DNA from: a bacterium
Lineage (GTDB): Bacteria; Patescibacteriota; Minisyncoccia; Minisyncoccales; GBS-2
NCBI GenBank assembly: GCA_036803205.1
Contig: DAIRUS010000001.1
Location: forward strand, 20,290 to 84,289
Reading direction: 5' to 3'
DNA length: 64,000 bases
Below are positions 9,109 to 19,046 of the stretch, one piece after another. The first letter of the stretch is position 1. Every line of letters starts with the position of its first letter. The position numbers and the translations under genes are program-made. The notes beneath the pieces were generated by a model. That model was not told where the DNA came from, made no database searches, and saw only the letters and a program-made list of their open reading frames with translations.

Positions 9109-10233
9109 ATGAAATTAACAATTCTAAAAGATGTAATGAAAAAAGGTATAGAGGTTGTCGAAAAAATAACTCAAAAAAATCTTACGCTACCTATTCTTCA
9201 AACAACCATTTTTCAAACAGAAAAAAATTTTTTAACTCTCTCATCTACTAATTTAGAAACAGGAGTTATTTGGTGGGGTTTAGCCAGGATAGAAAAAGAA
9301 GGAAAAATTTGTCTACCAACCAAAGTTTTATCTCAACTTATTAGTTTTGTACCGCAAAAATCTATCTCTTTATTTAAAGAAAACTTATCTCTCTGGGTTG
9401 AATGCGAAAATTATAAAACCGAGATTATCGGATTAGACGCGGAAGAATTTCCAATTATTCCAAAAATTCAAACTGAAAATTCCATTTTGGTTGATACCTC
9501 TCTTTTTTGTCAATCTCTTTCTCAAGTTGTTAAAATTCCTTCTCCTTCTACTGCTCGACCGGAAATTTCCGGAGTTCTTTTGAATTTTCAAGAAAATATA
9601 ATCAAAATTGCCGCCACTGATAGTTTCCGTTTAGCCGAGAAAAAATTGTTTTTACCAAACCCTTTTCCTCAAAAACACTCTTTGATTTTACCCCAGAATT
9701 CAGTTAGAGAAATAATTGGCATTTTTGGAGAGTTGGAAGGAGAAATGCGAATTTATATTTCTCCAAAACAAATATGGTTTGAGTCTCTAATGTCGGAAAT
9801 TTCCCACCCTCAAATTCAGTATACTTCTCGTTTGATTGAAGGGGAATATCCAAATTACGAAGAAATTACTCCTAAAAAATTTGGAACCACTGTTTCTCTC
9901 TCAAAAGAGAAATTATTGAACCAGATTAAAACCGCCAGTCTTTTCAGTGGTAAAAACAATGAAATCATAATGAAAATTGACCCAAAAAATGAAACGATAA
10001 CAATCTTAAGTCAAAGTCCTAATTTAGGAAAATACGAAGGTTCTCTTGCCGGAAAGATTAAAGGAGAAAAAGTAGAAATTGCTTTTAACCACCGTTTTTT
10101 AATAGATGGAATTTTAGAAATAAAAAGTCCGGAATTAACCCTTAATCTAACTAATGAAGAAGGTCCAGCCGTTTTAAGACCAGTTGATCTGGAAGATTAT
10201 TTCTATATTCTAATGCCGATTAAAACTATTTAA
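9109..10233 (+). CDS. dnaN: DNA polymerase III beta sliding clamp
   Basis: 374 aa with three-domain clamp architecture, immediately downstream of dnaA. N-terminus MKLTILKDVMKKGIEVVEKI is typical of DnaN. Confidence 0.85.
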   Translation: MKLTILKDVMKKGIEVVEKITQKNLTLPILQTTIFQTEKNFLTLSSTNLETGVIWWGLARIEKEGKICLPTKVLSQLISFVPQKSISLFKENLSLWVECENYKTEIIGLDAEEFPIIPKIQTENSILVDTSLFCQSLSQVVKIPSPSTARPEISGVLLNFQENIIKIAATDSFRLAEKKLFLPNPFPQKHSLILPQNSVREIIGIFGELEGEMRIYISPKQIWFESLMSEISHPQIQYTSRLIEGEYPNYEEITPKKFGTTVSLSKEKLLNQIKTASLFSGKNNEIIMKIDPKNETITILSQSPNLGKYEGSLAGKIKGEKVEIAFNHRFLIDGILEIKSPELTLNLTNEEGPAVLRPVDLEDYFYILMPIKTI

Positions 10234-10238
10234 TTTAT

Positions 10239-12155
10239 TTATTCTGGTTTTAAGAAACTTTCTTTTGGATACTTTGGTAGGACTTGCACTAAAAAATCGT
10301 GAAAAATTGGACCAGCCACCATCATTCCCGGCTGTTTTTTAATTGGCTCATTGTTATTATTTCCTACCCAAATGCCAACAACGATTGAAGGGGTATAACC
10401 AATTGTCCAGGCGTCACGGTAATCTTGACTTGTTCCGGTTTTTACCGCAACTTGATAACCTTCAAAATAAAGCGGGGAGCGAGGACCAAACATCGCTGCC
10501 CGGGCTTCATTGTCTGAGAGAACGTCATTAAGTAATCTAACAGCATTTTTCCCCAAAATTCTTAGTTCGGTTTTTTTATTTTCTTCAAGAATATTACCTT
10601 GAGAATCTTCAATTTTCAAAATGGCAGTGGTTGGTACCTTTAATCCATCATTAGCAAAAACTCCATAAGCTGAAGTCATTTCCAAAAGCTTTACCTCCCA
10701 ACCACCGAGAACAATTGATGGGCCGAAAGGTGGTTTAAGTGTGGTGATACCACAAGCTTGAGCTGTTTCTACGCTTTCTTTCAACCCCGCTAAATAAAGT
10801 AAAACTTTAACTGAGGGAATGTTCAGAGACTGAGCCAAGGCTTCTCTTAAGGTAACTGGGCCTCGGAACTTCCCATCGTAATTTTGGGGAATATATTCTT
10901 TACCGCCCCAGACTCCAAAGTTGGTTAGTTCATCAACGACTACTTTTTTGTCATCATAGCCTTTTTGAAAGGCGGTCACATAAACAAAAGGTTTGAAAGC
11001 CGATCCTGGTTGACGACCCAAATACCCTTCTACCCCGGTGATAACGTTAAATTTTGGATCAAATAAACAATTAACTCCGGCTTGACAACCTTCAGGATAA
11101 GGTTGGGCATAATAATCTCCCGTTCCTATTGTCATTGCCAAAATTTCTCCGGTTTTGGCTGAAATAGCAACTAAAGCCGCGTTATGAGCATTGGCAACCT
11201 TATTTCTTTCAAGCCCCTTTTTGACCACTTCTTCAGCTATTTTTTGTAGCTCCCAATCTAAAGAGGTATAAACCATTAATCCCTTTCGTTCTAAAAATTC
11301 CCGACCATACTTTTTTTCCAATAACTCTTTAACCCATAAAGTGAAATAAGGAGCTTTAAGCTCAACCCTTTTTTCGACAAACTTTATTTCCTCTTTTTTT
11401 GCCTCATCAGCTTTTTCCGGACTTAAATAACCTTTAACTACCATTCGATCTAAAACATAATCTTTTCGCGCCAAAAGCTCTTTTTTTCCGTTTTCGTCAT
11501 AGGGAGAAAGACGATAAGGTGCTTTAATCAAAGAAGCCAAGGTTGCTGCTTCGGCTAAAGAGATTTCCGATACGGATTTTTTAAAATAGGTTTGACTTGC
11601 CTCTTCTACTCCATAGGCATTTTGACCGAATGGTATTTGATTTAAATACCATTCTAAAATTTGATCTTTTGAGTAGCGACGGTCCAGTTCTAAAGCCAAG
11701 ACAATTTCCCTAGTCTTTCTTTGGGCGGTTTTTTCGGCTGATAAAAAAGTTGACCTCACTAACTGTTGAGGGATGGTGGAGCCTCCATAAATTGGCTTTC
11801 CTATCTTTAAATCTTCTAAAATTGCTCTCGCAATTCCTTTCCAATCAATTCCAAAATGAGAATAGAAATTAGCATCTTCAGCCACTATCACCGCCTGTTT
11901 TAAATATTCAGGGATTTCTTCTAAAAGAACCCAGGTTCTTTTTTCTTCGCCATAAACTTCATATAAAATAACTTTTCCCGTTCGGTCGTAAATTTTAGTT
12001 GATTGAGCTAATTGTCTTTCGCTAAATATTTCCGGCCGGGGAAAATCTTTGACATAATAAAAAAATAAAAAAAGAGGTCCGCAAATAAAAAGGAAAAAGA
12101 GCCCCCCTAAAATTTTAAAAATCAAGCTAATTTTATTCTTTTTTTTCTTTGTCAT
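10239..12155 (-). CDS. class A penicillin-binding protein (glycosyltransferase + transpeptidase), PBP1A-like
   Basis: N-terminal TM anchor. GT51 motifs (EDANFYSHFGID, GGSTIPQQL). Transpeptidase SAFKP (SxxK) and KTGT motifs. Confidence 0.85.
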   Translation of the reverse strand: MTKKKKNKISLIFKILGGLFFLFICGPLFLFFYYVKDFPRPEIFSERQLAQSTKIYDRTGKVILYEVYGEEKRTWVLLEEIPEYLKQAVIVAEDANFYSHFGIDWKGIARAILEDLKIGKPIYGGSTIPQQLVRSTFLSAEKTAQRKTREIVLALELDRRYSKDQILEWYLNQIPFGQNAYGVEEASQTYFKKSVSEISLAEAATLASLIKAPYRLSPYDENGKKELLARKDYVLDRMVVKGYLSPEKADEAKKEEIKFVEKRVELKAPYFTLWVKELLEKKYGREFLERKGLMVYTSLDWELQKIAEEVVKKGLERNKVANAHNAALVAISAKTGEILAMTIGTGDYYAQPYPEGCQAGVNCLFDPKFNVITGVEGYLGRQPGSAFKPFVYVTAFQKGYDDKKVVVDELTNFGVWGGKEYIPQNYDGKFRGPVTLREALAQSLNIPSVKVLLYLAGLKESVETAQACGITTLKPPFGPSIVLGGWEVKLLEMTSAYGVFANDGLKVPTTAILKIEDSQGNILEENKKTELRILGKNAVRLLNDVLSDNEARAAMFGPRSPLYFEGYQVAVKTGTSQDYRDAWTIGYTPSIVVGIWVGNNNNEPIKKQPGMMVAGPIFHDFLVQVLPKYPKESFLKPE

Positions 12156-12184
12156 AATCTCAATTTTATGATATCATTTTTAAT

Positions 12185-13390
12185 ATGCAAGCGAAAACTA
12201 CTCTCCAAAAAATTAAAGAGGTTTTAACCAGAGGGGTAGAGAAAATTATTGAAAAAGAGAGTTTGCTTAAGAAATTAAAATCTGGTAAAAAATTGCGAGT
12301 TAAATTAGGCATTGACCCTACTGCCCCGGATCTTCATCTTGGAAATGCCGTTGTTTTATGGAAATTGAAAGAGTTTCAAGATTTAGGGCACACTATTATT
12401 TTGATTATTGGCGATTTCACCGCTCGGATTGGCGATCCTTCCGGCCGATTCTCGCTTAGAAAGATGCTTTCCGAGAAGGAAATTAAAGAGAATATGAAGG
12501 CTTATGAACTTCAAATTGGAAAAATTTTAAACCTTAAAAAGACAAAAATTATTTATAATAGCCGACATTTATCAAACCTCAGGTTTTCGGAAATGTATCG
12601 CCTTTTGCATTTTTTTAGCGTTAACCAGATATTAGAAAGGGATATATTTCGAAAAAGAAGAGAATTAAAAAAACCAATTTGGCTAAATGAATTTTTCTAT
12701 CCAATTTTTCAAGCTTATGATTCGGTCATTGTTAAGGCCGATATAGAAGTCGGCGGTAGCGACCAACTTTTTAATATGTTGATAGGGCGTCAATTACAAC
12801 CTCATTTTGGTCAACCGCCGCAAGATATTATCACCGTAAGGATTTTAGTTGGCACTGACGGAAAGCAAAAGATGAGCAAGAGTTTTAACAACTACATCGG
12901 TATTAACGAATCAGCAAAAGAGCAATTCGGGAAATTAATGTCTATAAAAGACGAGGCTATTTCAGAATACTTTGAACTTTGTACCCGCCTGCCAATGACT
13001 GAAATAAAAAGAGATATTTCCCTTCTTAAAACCGACAAAATTAATCCTCGTGATCTTAAAGCTAAATTAGCCCGGGAAATTGTTTTTTTGTATCATGGGA
13101 AAGAAGCTGCTTTGATGGCAGAAGAGGAATTTAACAGGATTTTTAAAGAAAAAAAATTACCTTCGGAGATGACTGAAGTTAAAATAAAAGAGAGATTTCT
13201 CAACATCTTGGACTTATTAACAAAAACAAGATTAGTTAACTCCAAAAGCGAAGCTAAAAGATTAATTTCTCAAAAAGCAGTTAGAATTGATGGGGTTTTA
13301 AAAGAGGATTGGCGGGAAATGATTGAGATTGAGAAAGGAACGACGGTTAAAATTGGTAAAAGAAAGTTTGCTAAAATAAATCCCCACTAA
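12185..13390 (+). CDS. tyrS: tyrosine--tRNA ligase
   Basis: HIGH-type motif DPTAPDLHLGN, KMSKS motif, C-terminal S4-like domain. Confidence 0.85.
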   Translation: MQAKTTLQKIKEVLTRGVEKIIEKESLLKKLKSGKKLRVKLGIDPTAPDLHLGNAVVLWKLKEFQDLGHTIILIIGDFTARIGDPSGRFSLRKMLSEKEIKENMKAYELQIGKILNLKKTKIIYNSRHLSNLRFSEMYRLLHFFSVNQILERDIFRKRRELKKPIWLNEFFYPIFQAYDSVIVKADIEVGGSDQLFNMLIGRQLQPHFGQPPQDIITVRILVGTDGKQKMSKSFNNYIGINESAKEQFGKLMSIKDEAISEYFELCTRLPMTEIKRDISLLKTDKINPRDLKAKLAREIVFLYHGKEAALMAEEEFNRIFKEKKLPSEMTEVKIKERFLNILDLLTKTRLVNSKSEAKRLISQKAVRIDGVLKEDWREMIEIEKGTTVKIGKRKFAKINPH

Positions 13391-13435
13391 GTTTTAGCGG
13401 GGATTAAATAATTTTTTATTTTCTTAGAAGAAAGC
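13374..13435. terminator. hairpin plus T-tract at the tyrS 3' end, possibly a bidirectional terminator
   Basis: AATCCCCACTAAGTTTTAGCGGGGATT inverted repeat overlapping the tyrS stop, followed by an AT/T-rich run. Confidence 0.35.
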
Positions 13436-13622
13436 TTTTTCTACTCAATTTCTTCTTCTTCAGCTCCTAATCTTTCTTCTCCTTCTTCTAAGCCTTCCTC
13501 TTCATCTTGATAAATCATAGTTTTTTTTGAATAGTAATTTTTTTTCGACCTTTTTATTTATTACTGAAAATAATTATAAACAGACAAAAGTAATTGTCAA
13601 ACTCAGCCCAGAAAAGGTGTGG

Positions 13623-14120
13623 TTAAGGTTTAAAAAAAATCTTTAAAAAACAGGTTAGAGCAATTGCCAAAGCATCGACAGCGTCATCGGATTTTGGCAT
13701 TTCTTTTAGTTTGAGCAAATTTTTTGTCTTTTTTTGAACAAGCCCCTTTTTTGCCCAACCAAAGCCAGTTATCGCTAGTTTGACTTGAAGTGGAGTAAAT
13801 TCATAAACTGGAATTTTATTTTTGGCAGCAGTCAATAAAATTACTCCTTTGGCTTGACTAACCGGAATAGCAGTTTTTAGATTTTTAAAAAAATAGACAT
13901 TTTCGACGGCTAAAATTTTGGGCTGGTATTTTTTGATTAATTTCGAAAGCTCGTTATTGATTTTTTTTAATCGTTCGGCAGAAGAGAAAGAGGGGTTGGT
14001 TTTAATCAGACCATAACCCAAACACTTTAAACTAGTTTTTATGTTTCCTCCCTTGCTTTTTACCTTTATTAGTCCGAAGCCGGTGCTGGCTGTACCTGGG
14101 TCTATTCCTAAAATAACCAT
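13623..14120 (-). CDS. ruvC: crossover junction endodeoxyribonuclease RuvC
   Basis: N-terminus MVILGIDPGTASTGFGLI, RNase H-like fold signature, 165 aa. Confidence 0.85.
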   Translation of the reverse strand: MVILGIDPGTASTGFGLIKVKSKGGNIKTSLKCLGYGLIKTNPSFSSAERLKKINNELSKLIKKYQPKILAVENVYFFKNLKTAIPVSQAKGVILLTAAKNKIPVYEFTPLQVKLAITGFGWAKKGLVQKKTKNLLKLKEMPKSDDAVDALAIALTCFLKIFFKP

Positions 14121-14123
14121 AGT

Positions 14124-14861
14124 TTAAACTTTTAAATTAGAAAAGATTTCTTGAACGCTATCTAATTCATCCAAGGCCTCAAAAAGCTTTAAACAATCCT
14201 CTTTTTCTTTTTCTCCTATCTCAATCATCTCTTTTGGTTTCCAGTCTAAAGTAACTGATTCAATCGCAATTCCCATATCTTGAAATTTTTTTCTTATTTT
14301 TTCTAAGTCTTCAACTTTTGTATAGACATCAAGGGTTTCGTCTTGCCAGTAAAGGTCTTCTGCTCCCGCCTCAATCGCCATCAACTCCAACTCTTCTTTT
14401 TTCTTGATTGGTAATTTTTCTAGATTGATAACTCGTATGGTGAGACATCCTTTTCTTTCAAACAACCACTTCACCGCTCCATCGCCAACCAATTTTCCAT
14501 TATATTGGCTTAAGACTTGTTTAACTTCAGTTAAAGCCCGATTCTTGTTATCAGTAATTCCTTCAATAATCAGCGCAACTCCGGCCGGACCATATGCTTC
14601 AAAAGTAACCTCCTCCAGTTTTTCTTCGGCAAGCTCACCAGTTGCCTTCTTTATTGCTCGTTCGATATTTTCTTGGGGAACATTATAATCACGGGCCATT
14701 TCAATAGCTAATCTCAATTTGGAATTTGTTTCCGGATTTGCCCCGCCCTTCCTGACAGCAATTGAAATTAACCTAGCCATCTTTGAAAAAATTTGGCCTC
14801 TTTTTTGGGCGCTAGCTTCTTTAATTCTTCTAACTGTTTTTGCGTGGCTGTGACCTGACAT
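14124..14861 (-). CDS. yebC: YebC/PmpR family DNA-binding transcriptional regulator
   Basis: MSGHSHAKTVRRIKEASAQKRGQIFSKMARLISIAV..., the canonical YebC N-terminus. 245 aa. Confidence 0.85.
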   Translation of the reverse strand: MSGHSHAKTVRRIKEASAQKRGQIFSKMARLISIAVRKGGANPETNSKLRLAIEMARDYNVPQENIERAIKKATGELAEEKLEEVTFEAYGPAGVALIIEGITDNKNRALTEVKQVLSQYNGKLVGDGAVKWLFERKGCLTIRVINLEKLPIKKKEELELMAIEAGAEDLYWQDETLDVYTKVEDLEKIRKKFQDMGIAIESVTLDWKPKEMIEIGEKEKEDCLKLFEALDELDSVQEIFSNLKV

Positions 14862-14876
14862 ATTTTCTAATCAATT

Positions 14877-15965
14877 TTAATCTATTTTTCTTCGGTAATC
14901 AAATTTCTTTTTGAGAAGTAGAATTGTTAATCCAGAGAAAGCAGCAGTGGTTAGAGCGGGAAGAAAAACAAAAAGAAATTTTGACATTTTTTCTTTTAAA
15001 TCTTCTTGTCCAAAAGGGGTAATGACTGTTGCCAGCTCTTTTTTGTCCGATTCTATTTTTAGAAAAGCCAACTCAGGGTCAACCCAGGCCAATCCTTGTT
15101 TTTTAATTTCTTCCAGTTTCCTTTCTCCAAGTCCTTTTACTCGGGTTAACTCATCTAAAGAGTGAAATGGTCTGGCGCTGATTATTCTTTGAGCCAATAC
15201 TTTACCGATGCCGACTAGCTTCTGGAGTTCTTTTGCCGAGGCAGTGTTTATATCTATTTTGAGAGGTTCGACTATATTCGGGTTAACGGTTGTTTTCGAG
15301 GGGATGAATTGTTCTTGGGGGCGGGATGTTTCCTCGTTAGGTTGAAGAGGCTCTACCTTAGACTCTGATTGGGATTTTTCTTGGAATGATTGAGAAGGAG
15401 GGGTTAATTCAAAATCATTAGCATTATTATTTGTATCCTGATAAAGTCCGGCTATTTTTTTTCTTTCTAATTTTTGATTAGGGCCAGGATTTTCCGGAAA
15501 AGAGTTTCCTTCAAAAAGAAGGTTGTCGAAATCGCCCCAGCCAACAGCGTCAATAATTCGACCGGTGTTTTCTTGCCCCAATCTTAAAGCCACGCCATTA
15601 TTTGGAGCAATAGTTTGGGAGGTTGAAGTCTCGACATTGGAGAGAGCTGTATAATCTTTATTTGTCCAGAGATAATATCCTTTGGCCGGAATTTTAGCGT
15701 TTGGTTCTTTTGACCAGGATTTGATAGTATAATCTTTAGCGCTAGTTTTTGTCCTTTTGACCAATCTGATATAGCTGCCTTGATAATTCCCAAGATAGAT
15801 ATCAGAGTTAGTAGGATTGTAAATTTTTATAAAATCGTCAGAAGTTTTTTCTCCGGCAATTTGAACTTCAACAATTAAAAGCTCGGTGGCTAAAGCTAAT
15901 TTTAGAGGAATTAAAGAGATAAATCCCACCGTTAAGAAAACGTTTATTCTTGACAAATTTCTCAT
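14877..15965 (-). CDS. ComEA-like helix-hairpin-helix DNA-binding protein fused to an N-terminal lamin-tail (LTD) domain, with a C-terminal TM helix
   Basis: HhH pair INTASAKELQKLVGIGKVLAQRI...LTRVKGLGERKLEEIK. LTD-like LLIVEVQIAGEKTSDDFIKIYNP...GYYLW. N-terminal signal/TM and C-terminal hydrophobic tail. Confidence 0.65.
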   Translation of the reverse strand: MRNLSRINVFLTVGFISLIPLKLALATELLIVEVQIAGEKTSDDFIKIYNPTNSDIYLGNYQGSYIRLVKRTKTSAKDYTIKSWSKEPNAKIPAKGYYLWTNKDYTALSNVETSTSQTIAPNNGVALRLGQENTGRIIDAVGWGDFDNLLFEGNSFPENPGPNQKLERKKIAGLYQDTNNNANDFELTPPSQSFQEKSQSESKVEPLQPNEETSRPQEQFIPSKTTVNPNIVEPLKIDINTASAKELQKLVGIGKVLAQRIISARPFHSLDELTRVKGLGERKLEEIKKQGLAWVDPELAFLKIESDKKELATVITPFGQEDLKEKMSKFLFVFLPALTTAAFSGLTILLLKKKFDYRRKID

Positions 15966-16107
15966 AATCTGTTAATATAAGGATTATCCCGGAACCAAGC
16001 CTGGAATTTCTTTCAATTCGGACAACCTGGAGAAGTTCTGGGTTGCTCCTTGAAGAAATTCTGACTTAAGCAGCAAGCTTTTGGCCCCTTTGGTTCCGGG
16101 ATATTTT

Positions 16108-17406
16108 TTATTCAGCAGTCACCCTTTCTATTTCCTCGAAAGTTGTTTTTCCTTCTAAAACTTTAATATATCCATCGAGATGCATTTCGACCATTCCTTT
16201 TTTTATTGCCAGCTCCTTCAAATCGACAATTGAAGGGTTGGTTAAAATAAACCTTTCCATCTCGTCATCGACAACAAAGACTTCAAAAATACCCATCCTT
16301 CCTTTGTAACCGGTAAAATTACAACTTCGACAACCCTTAGTCACAGGAACTTTCATCCATGACCTTAGCTCTTTGACTTTCACGTTTTTAGGAAGACCCT
16401 TAAATGCCTCTTGTAATTTAGTCAAGCGTTCAGACGAAATTAGCTGGAATTGGACGCATTCTTTGCAGACCTTTCTGACTAACCTTTGACCAATAACTAA
16501 ATTTAAGGCGGGAGCGATATTACTTAGTTTTTCTCCTAAAGATTGTAAGCGAGCGACCGTGCCAGCGGCATCATTGGTATGCACGGTGGTAAGGACCAAA
16601 TGACCGGTTAAGGCTGCTTGGAAAGAGATTTGAGCGGTTTCAGAATCGCGGATTTCTCCGACTAAAATAACATCTGGGTCTTGTCTGACAACCGCTCTTA
16701 GGGCATTAGCGAAAGTGTAGCCTTTTGATTCGTCAACTTGACTCTGAGAAACTCCTTTTAAGTGATATTCGATGGGGTCCTCGATAGTGATGATTTTAAT
16801 TTCTGGAGAAGTTAGTTTTTGAAGAAAAGCATAAAGGGTGGTGGTTTTTCCTGAACCAGTCGGACCAGTACAGATAATCATTCCGGTGGGTTTTTTTAGT
16901 TCCTCATAAAAAACTTTCAGCATATCTTCTCTTAAATCAAGGTCTTCCATGCTCACTACCCACTTTGGGTTTAGAATTCTCATTACTATTGCTTCTCCAT
17001 ATTCAGAGGGGAGAGAGGAGGTTCTGATTTCAATCGAGGTATCTTCAATTAAAAGAGAAAAACGACCATCTTGAGGCCGGTTGGTTATATTGAGTTTTAA
17101 ACCGGAGAGAAGTTTCAAACGGGAAAGCAAAGCTTGATAAACAGCAAGGTCTAACAATAAAACATCATGCAAAACTCCGTCAATTCGGATGCGTAAAAGA
17201 ACATTTTCTTTTTTTGGCTCTAGATGGATATCGGAAGCGTCAAGGTAGAGAGTGCCGATTAGGAGGATTTCAACTAAGCCGGTTATTTCTCCGGAGAGAA
17301 GTCTTTCAATTTCTTTCTTGAAATCTAAGATACATTTTATTTTTTCTTTGGCGACCAAAGTTTTTTCCGGTGAAATTTTGACTTGGCCGGTGAGTTTTTC
17401 TCTCAT
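16108..17406 (-). CDS. type II/IV secretion-family ATPase (PilB/GspE/ComGA-like)
   Basis: Walker A ICTGPTGSGKTTTLYAF. Asp box, His box and C-terminal tetracysteine (CKEC...CRSC) typical of PilB/GspE. Adjacent to ComEA-like. Confidence 0.8.
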   Translation of the reverse strand: MREKLTGQVKISPEKTLVAKEKIKCILDFKKEIERLLSGEITGLVEILLIGTLYLDASDIHLEPKKENVLLRIRIDGVLHDVLLLDLAVYQALLSRLKLLSGLKLNITNRPQDGRFSLLIEDTSIEIRTSSLPSEYGEAIVMRILNPKWVVSMEDLDLREDMLKVFYEELKKPTGMIICTGPTGSGKTTTLYAFLQKLTSPEIKIITIEDPIEYHLKGVSQSQVDESKGYTFANALRAVVRQDPDVILVGEIRDSETAQISFQAALTGHLVLTTVHTNDAAGTVARLQSLGEKLSNIAPALNLVIGQRLVRKVCKECVQFQLISSERLTKLQEAFKGLPKNVKVKELRSWMKVPVTKGCRSCNFTGYKGRMGIFEVFVVDDEMERFILTNPSIVDLKELAIKKGMVEMHLDGYIKVLEGKTTFEEIERVTAE

Positions 17407-17506
17407 AATTTTTAAAATTTACATTTTTCTCAATTTCTCTAAAATAGAAGATGGATTAATTCTTCAACTGATTATTTTTGGTTATCTCATTTTTTTAAAT
17501 TTGTCA

Positions 17507-17956
17507 ATGGAGAAAAACTATCTTACCAAAAATTCCTCTCAAACAAAAAAAATAGGAGAATTACTTGCGAAAAATCTTCTCAATAAAGGAATTAAAAAAA
17601 GAGCCTTAGTCATTGGTTTGGAAGGAGATTTGGGTGGTGGAAAAACTACTTTTTTACAAGGATTTGCTAAAGGTTTGGGGATAAAAGAGAAAATTTTAAG
17701 CCCCACCTTTATTATTATGAGAAAATTTAAAATTCGGGATTCAAAATTTAAAACCTTCTATCATTTTGATTGTTATCGGATTGAAAAACCAAAAGAGATA
17801 TTAAAATTGGGTTTTGTAAAGATTCTTTCTGGCCCAAGAAATATTGTCGCTATTGAGTGGCCAGAAAAGGTAAAAAAATTTTTACCGAGGAAAATAATTT
17901 GGGTTAATTTCCAACTTATTAGTAAAAACAGTCGAAAACTTATAATAAAAGAATAA
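17507..17956 (+). CDS. tsaE: tRNA threonylcarbamoyladenosine biosynthesis protein TsaE
   Basis: P-loop GLEGDLGGGKTTFLQGFAKGLG. Start placed at MEKNY; the longer ORF from 17252 overlaps pilB and is probably not translated. Confidence 0.7.
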   Translation: MEKNYLTKNSSQTKKIGELLAKNLLNKGIKKRALVIGLEGDLGGGKTTFLQGFAKGLGIKEKILSPTFIIMRKFKIRDSKFKTFYHFDCYRIEKPKEILKLGFVKILSGPRNIVAIEWPEKVKKFLPRKIIWVNFQLISKNSRKLIIKE

Positions 17957-17988
17957 AAAGAAAAGGAGTTTTGCTCCTTTAATTTGAA

Positions 17989-18939
17989 ATGGAAAAAAAA
18001 AGATTAATCATCATTGATAGTAATTCTATTATTCACCGCGCCTTTCACGCCTTACCGGTTTTGACTACAAAAAAAGGAGAATTGGTTAATGCTGTTTATG
18101 GTTTTTTATTGGTTTTTTTTAAAGCAATCAGGGAGTTCCAACCAGATTTTATTGTTGCCTGTTTCGATTCACCCGGGCCAACTTTTCGTCACAAAAAATT
18201 TGAAGAATACAAAGCAAAAAGACCTCCCACGCCAAAAGATTTAGTTTCTCAATTTCCGAAAGTAAAAGAAATTTTAAATGCCTTTAACGTTTCCATTTTT
18301 GAGAAAAAGGGCTTTGAAGCCGATGATTTAATTGGCACGATTACTAAAAAGTTTCCAGAAATTGAAAAGATTATTTTAAGTGGTGATTTAGATACTTTAC
18401 AGTTAATTGACCCCCAGACCAAAGTTTATCTCCTCAGAAGAGGGGTGAAAGAAACAATTTTATATAATGAAAGCCGGGTTCAGGAAAAATACCAAGGTTT
18501 AGGTCCAGCTGGGCTTGTTGATTTCAAAGCTTTAAGGGGCGATCCTTCTGATAATATTCCGGGATTGCCCGGCATTGGCGAGAAAACCGCTGTTGAGTTG
18601 ATTTTGAAATTCGGCAGTTTAGAAAATTTATACAAAGAGCTTGAAAAAAACTCTGAAAAAACCAAAACCCTTAAACCTAAACTAAAAGAAAATTTATTGA
18701 AATATAAAAAACAGGCAATCCTTGCGGCAGCATTAGTTAAAATTGAAAGAAATATATTATTAGATGTCGATTTAAAAAAATGTCACTGGCAAGAATATGA
18801 TAAGACGAAAGTCGTTCAGTTCCTAAAAGCCCTTGAATTCGAAAGTTTAATTAATCGTCTGCCAGAGCGGAAAGAGGTTCGGGGACAAGAAAAACCAGTT
18901 TTTAAAAAAGAAATTAAAGAAAATCTAAAATTGTTATAA
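17989..18939 (+). CDS. 5'-3' exonuclease (FEN / Pol I N-terminal domain family)
   Basis: LIIIDSNSIIHRAFHALP, acidic clusters, and helix-3-turn-helix GIPGIGEKTA. Confidence 0.8.
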   Translation: MEKKRLIIIDSNSIIHRAFHALPVLTTKKGELVNAVYGFLLVFFKAIREFQPDFIVACFDSPGPTFRHKKFEEYKAKRPPTPKDLVSQFPKVKEILNAFNVSIFEKKGFEADDLIGTITKKFPEIEKIILSGDLDTLQLIDPQTKVYLLRRGVKETILYNESRVQEKYQGLGPAGLVDFKALRGDPSDNIPGLPGIGEKTAVELILKFGSLENLYKELEKNSEKTKTLKPKLKENLLKYKKQAILAAALVKIERNILLDVDLKKCHWQEYDKTKVVQFLKALEFESLINRLPERKEVRGQEKPVFKKEIKENLKLL

Positions 18940-19046
18940 AATTCTACTCAATAGAAGAAAAATTGGCCAACCGAAAACCATCTAAAATTAACTTGTTGGC
19001 AAAACGACAAAAATGGTAGAATGAAAAAAAGAGAAGTCCGAGGGAG

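Noticed and set aside
13441-13518. 25-codon minus-strand ORF encoding MIYQDEEEGLEEGEERLGAEEEEIE in the tyrS-ruvC spacer
   Set aside because: It is very short, has an extremely acidic low-complexity composition and no RBS context. Most likely chance.
17252-17506. Long N-terminal extension of the tsaE ORF overlapping the 3' end of the pilB-like gene on the opposite strand
   Set aside because: The extension is hydrophobic, low-complexity and not part of TsaE. The conserved TsaE core begins at MEKNY (17507).
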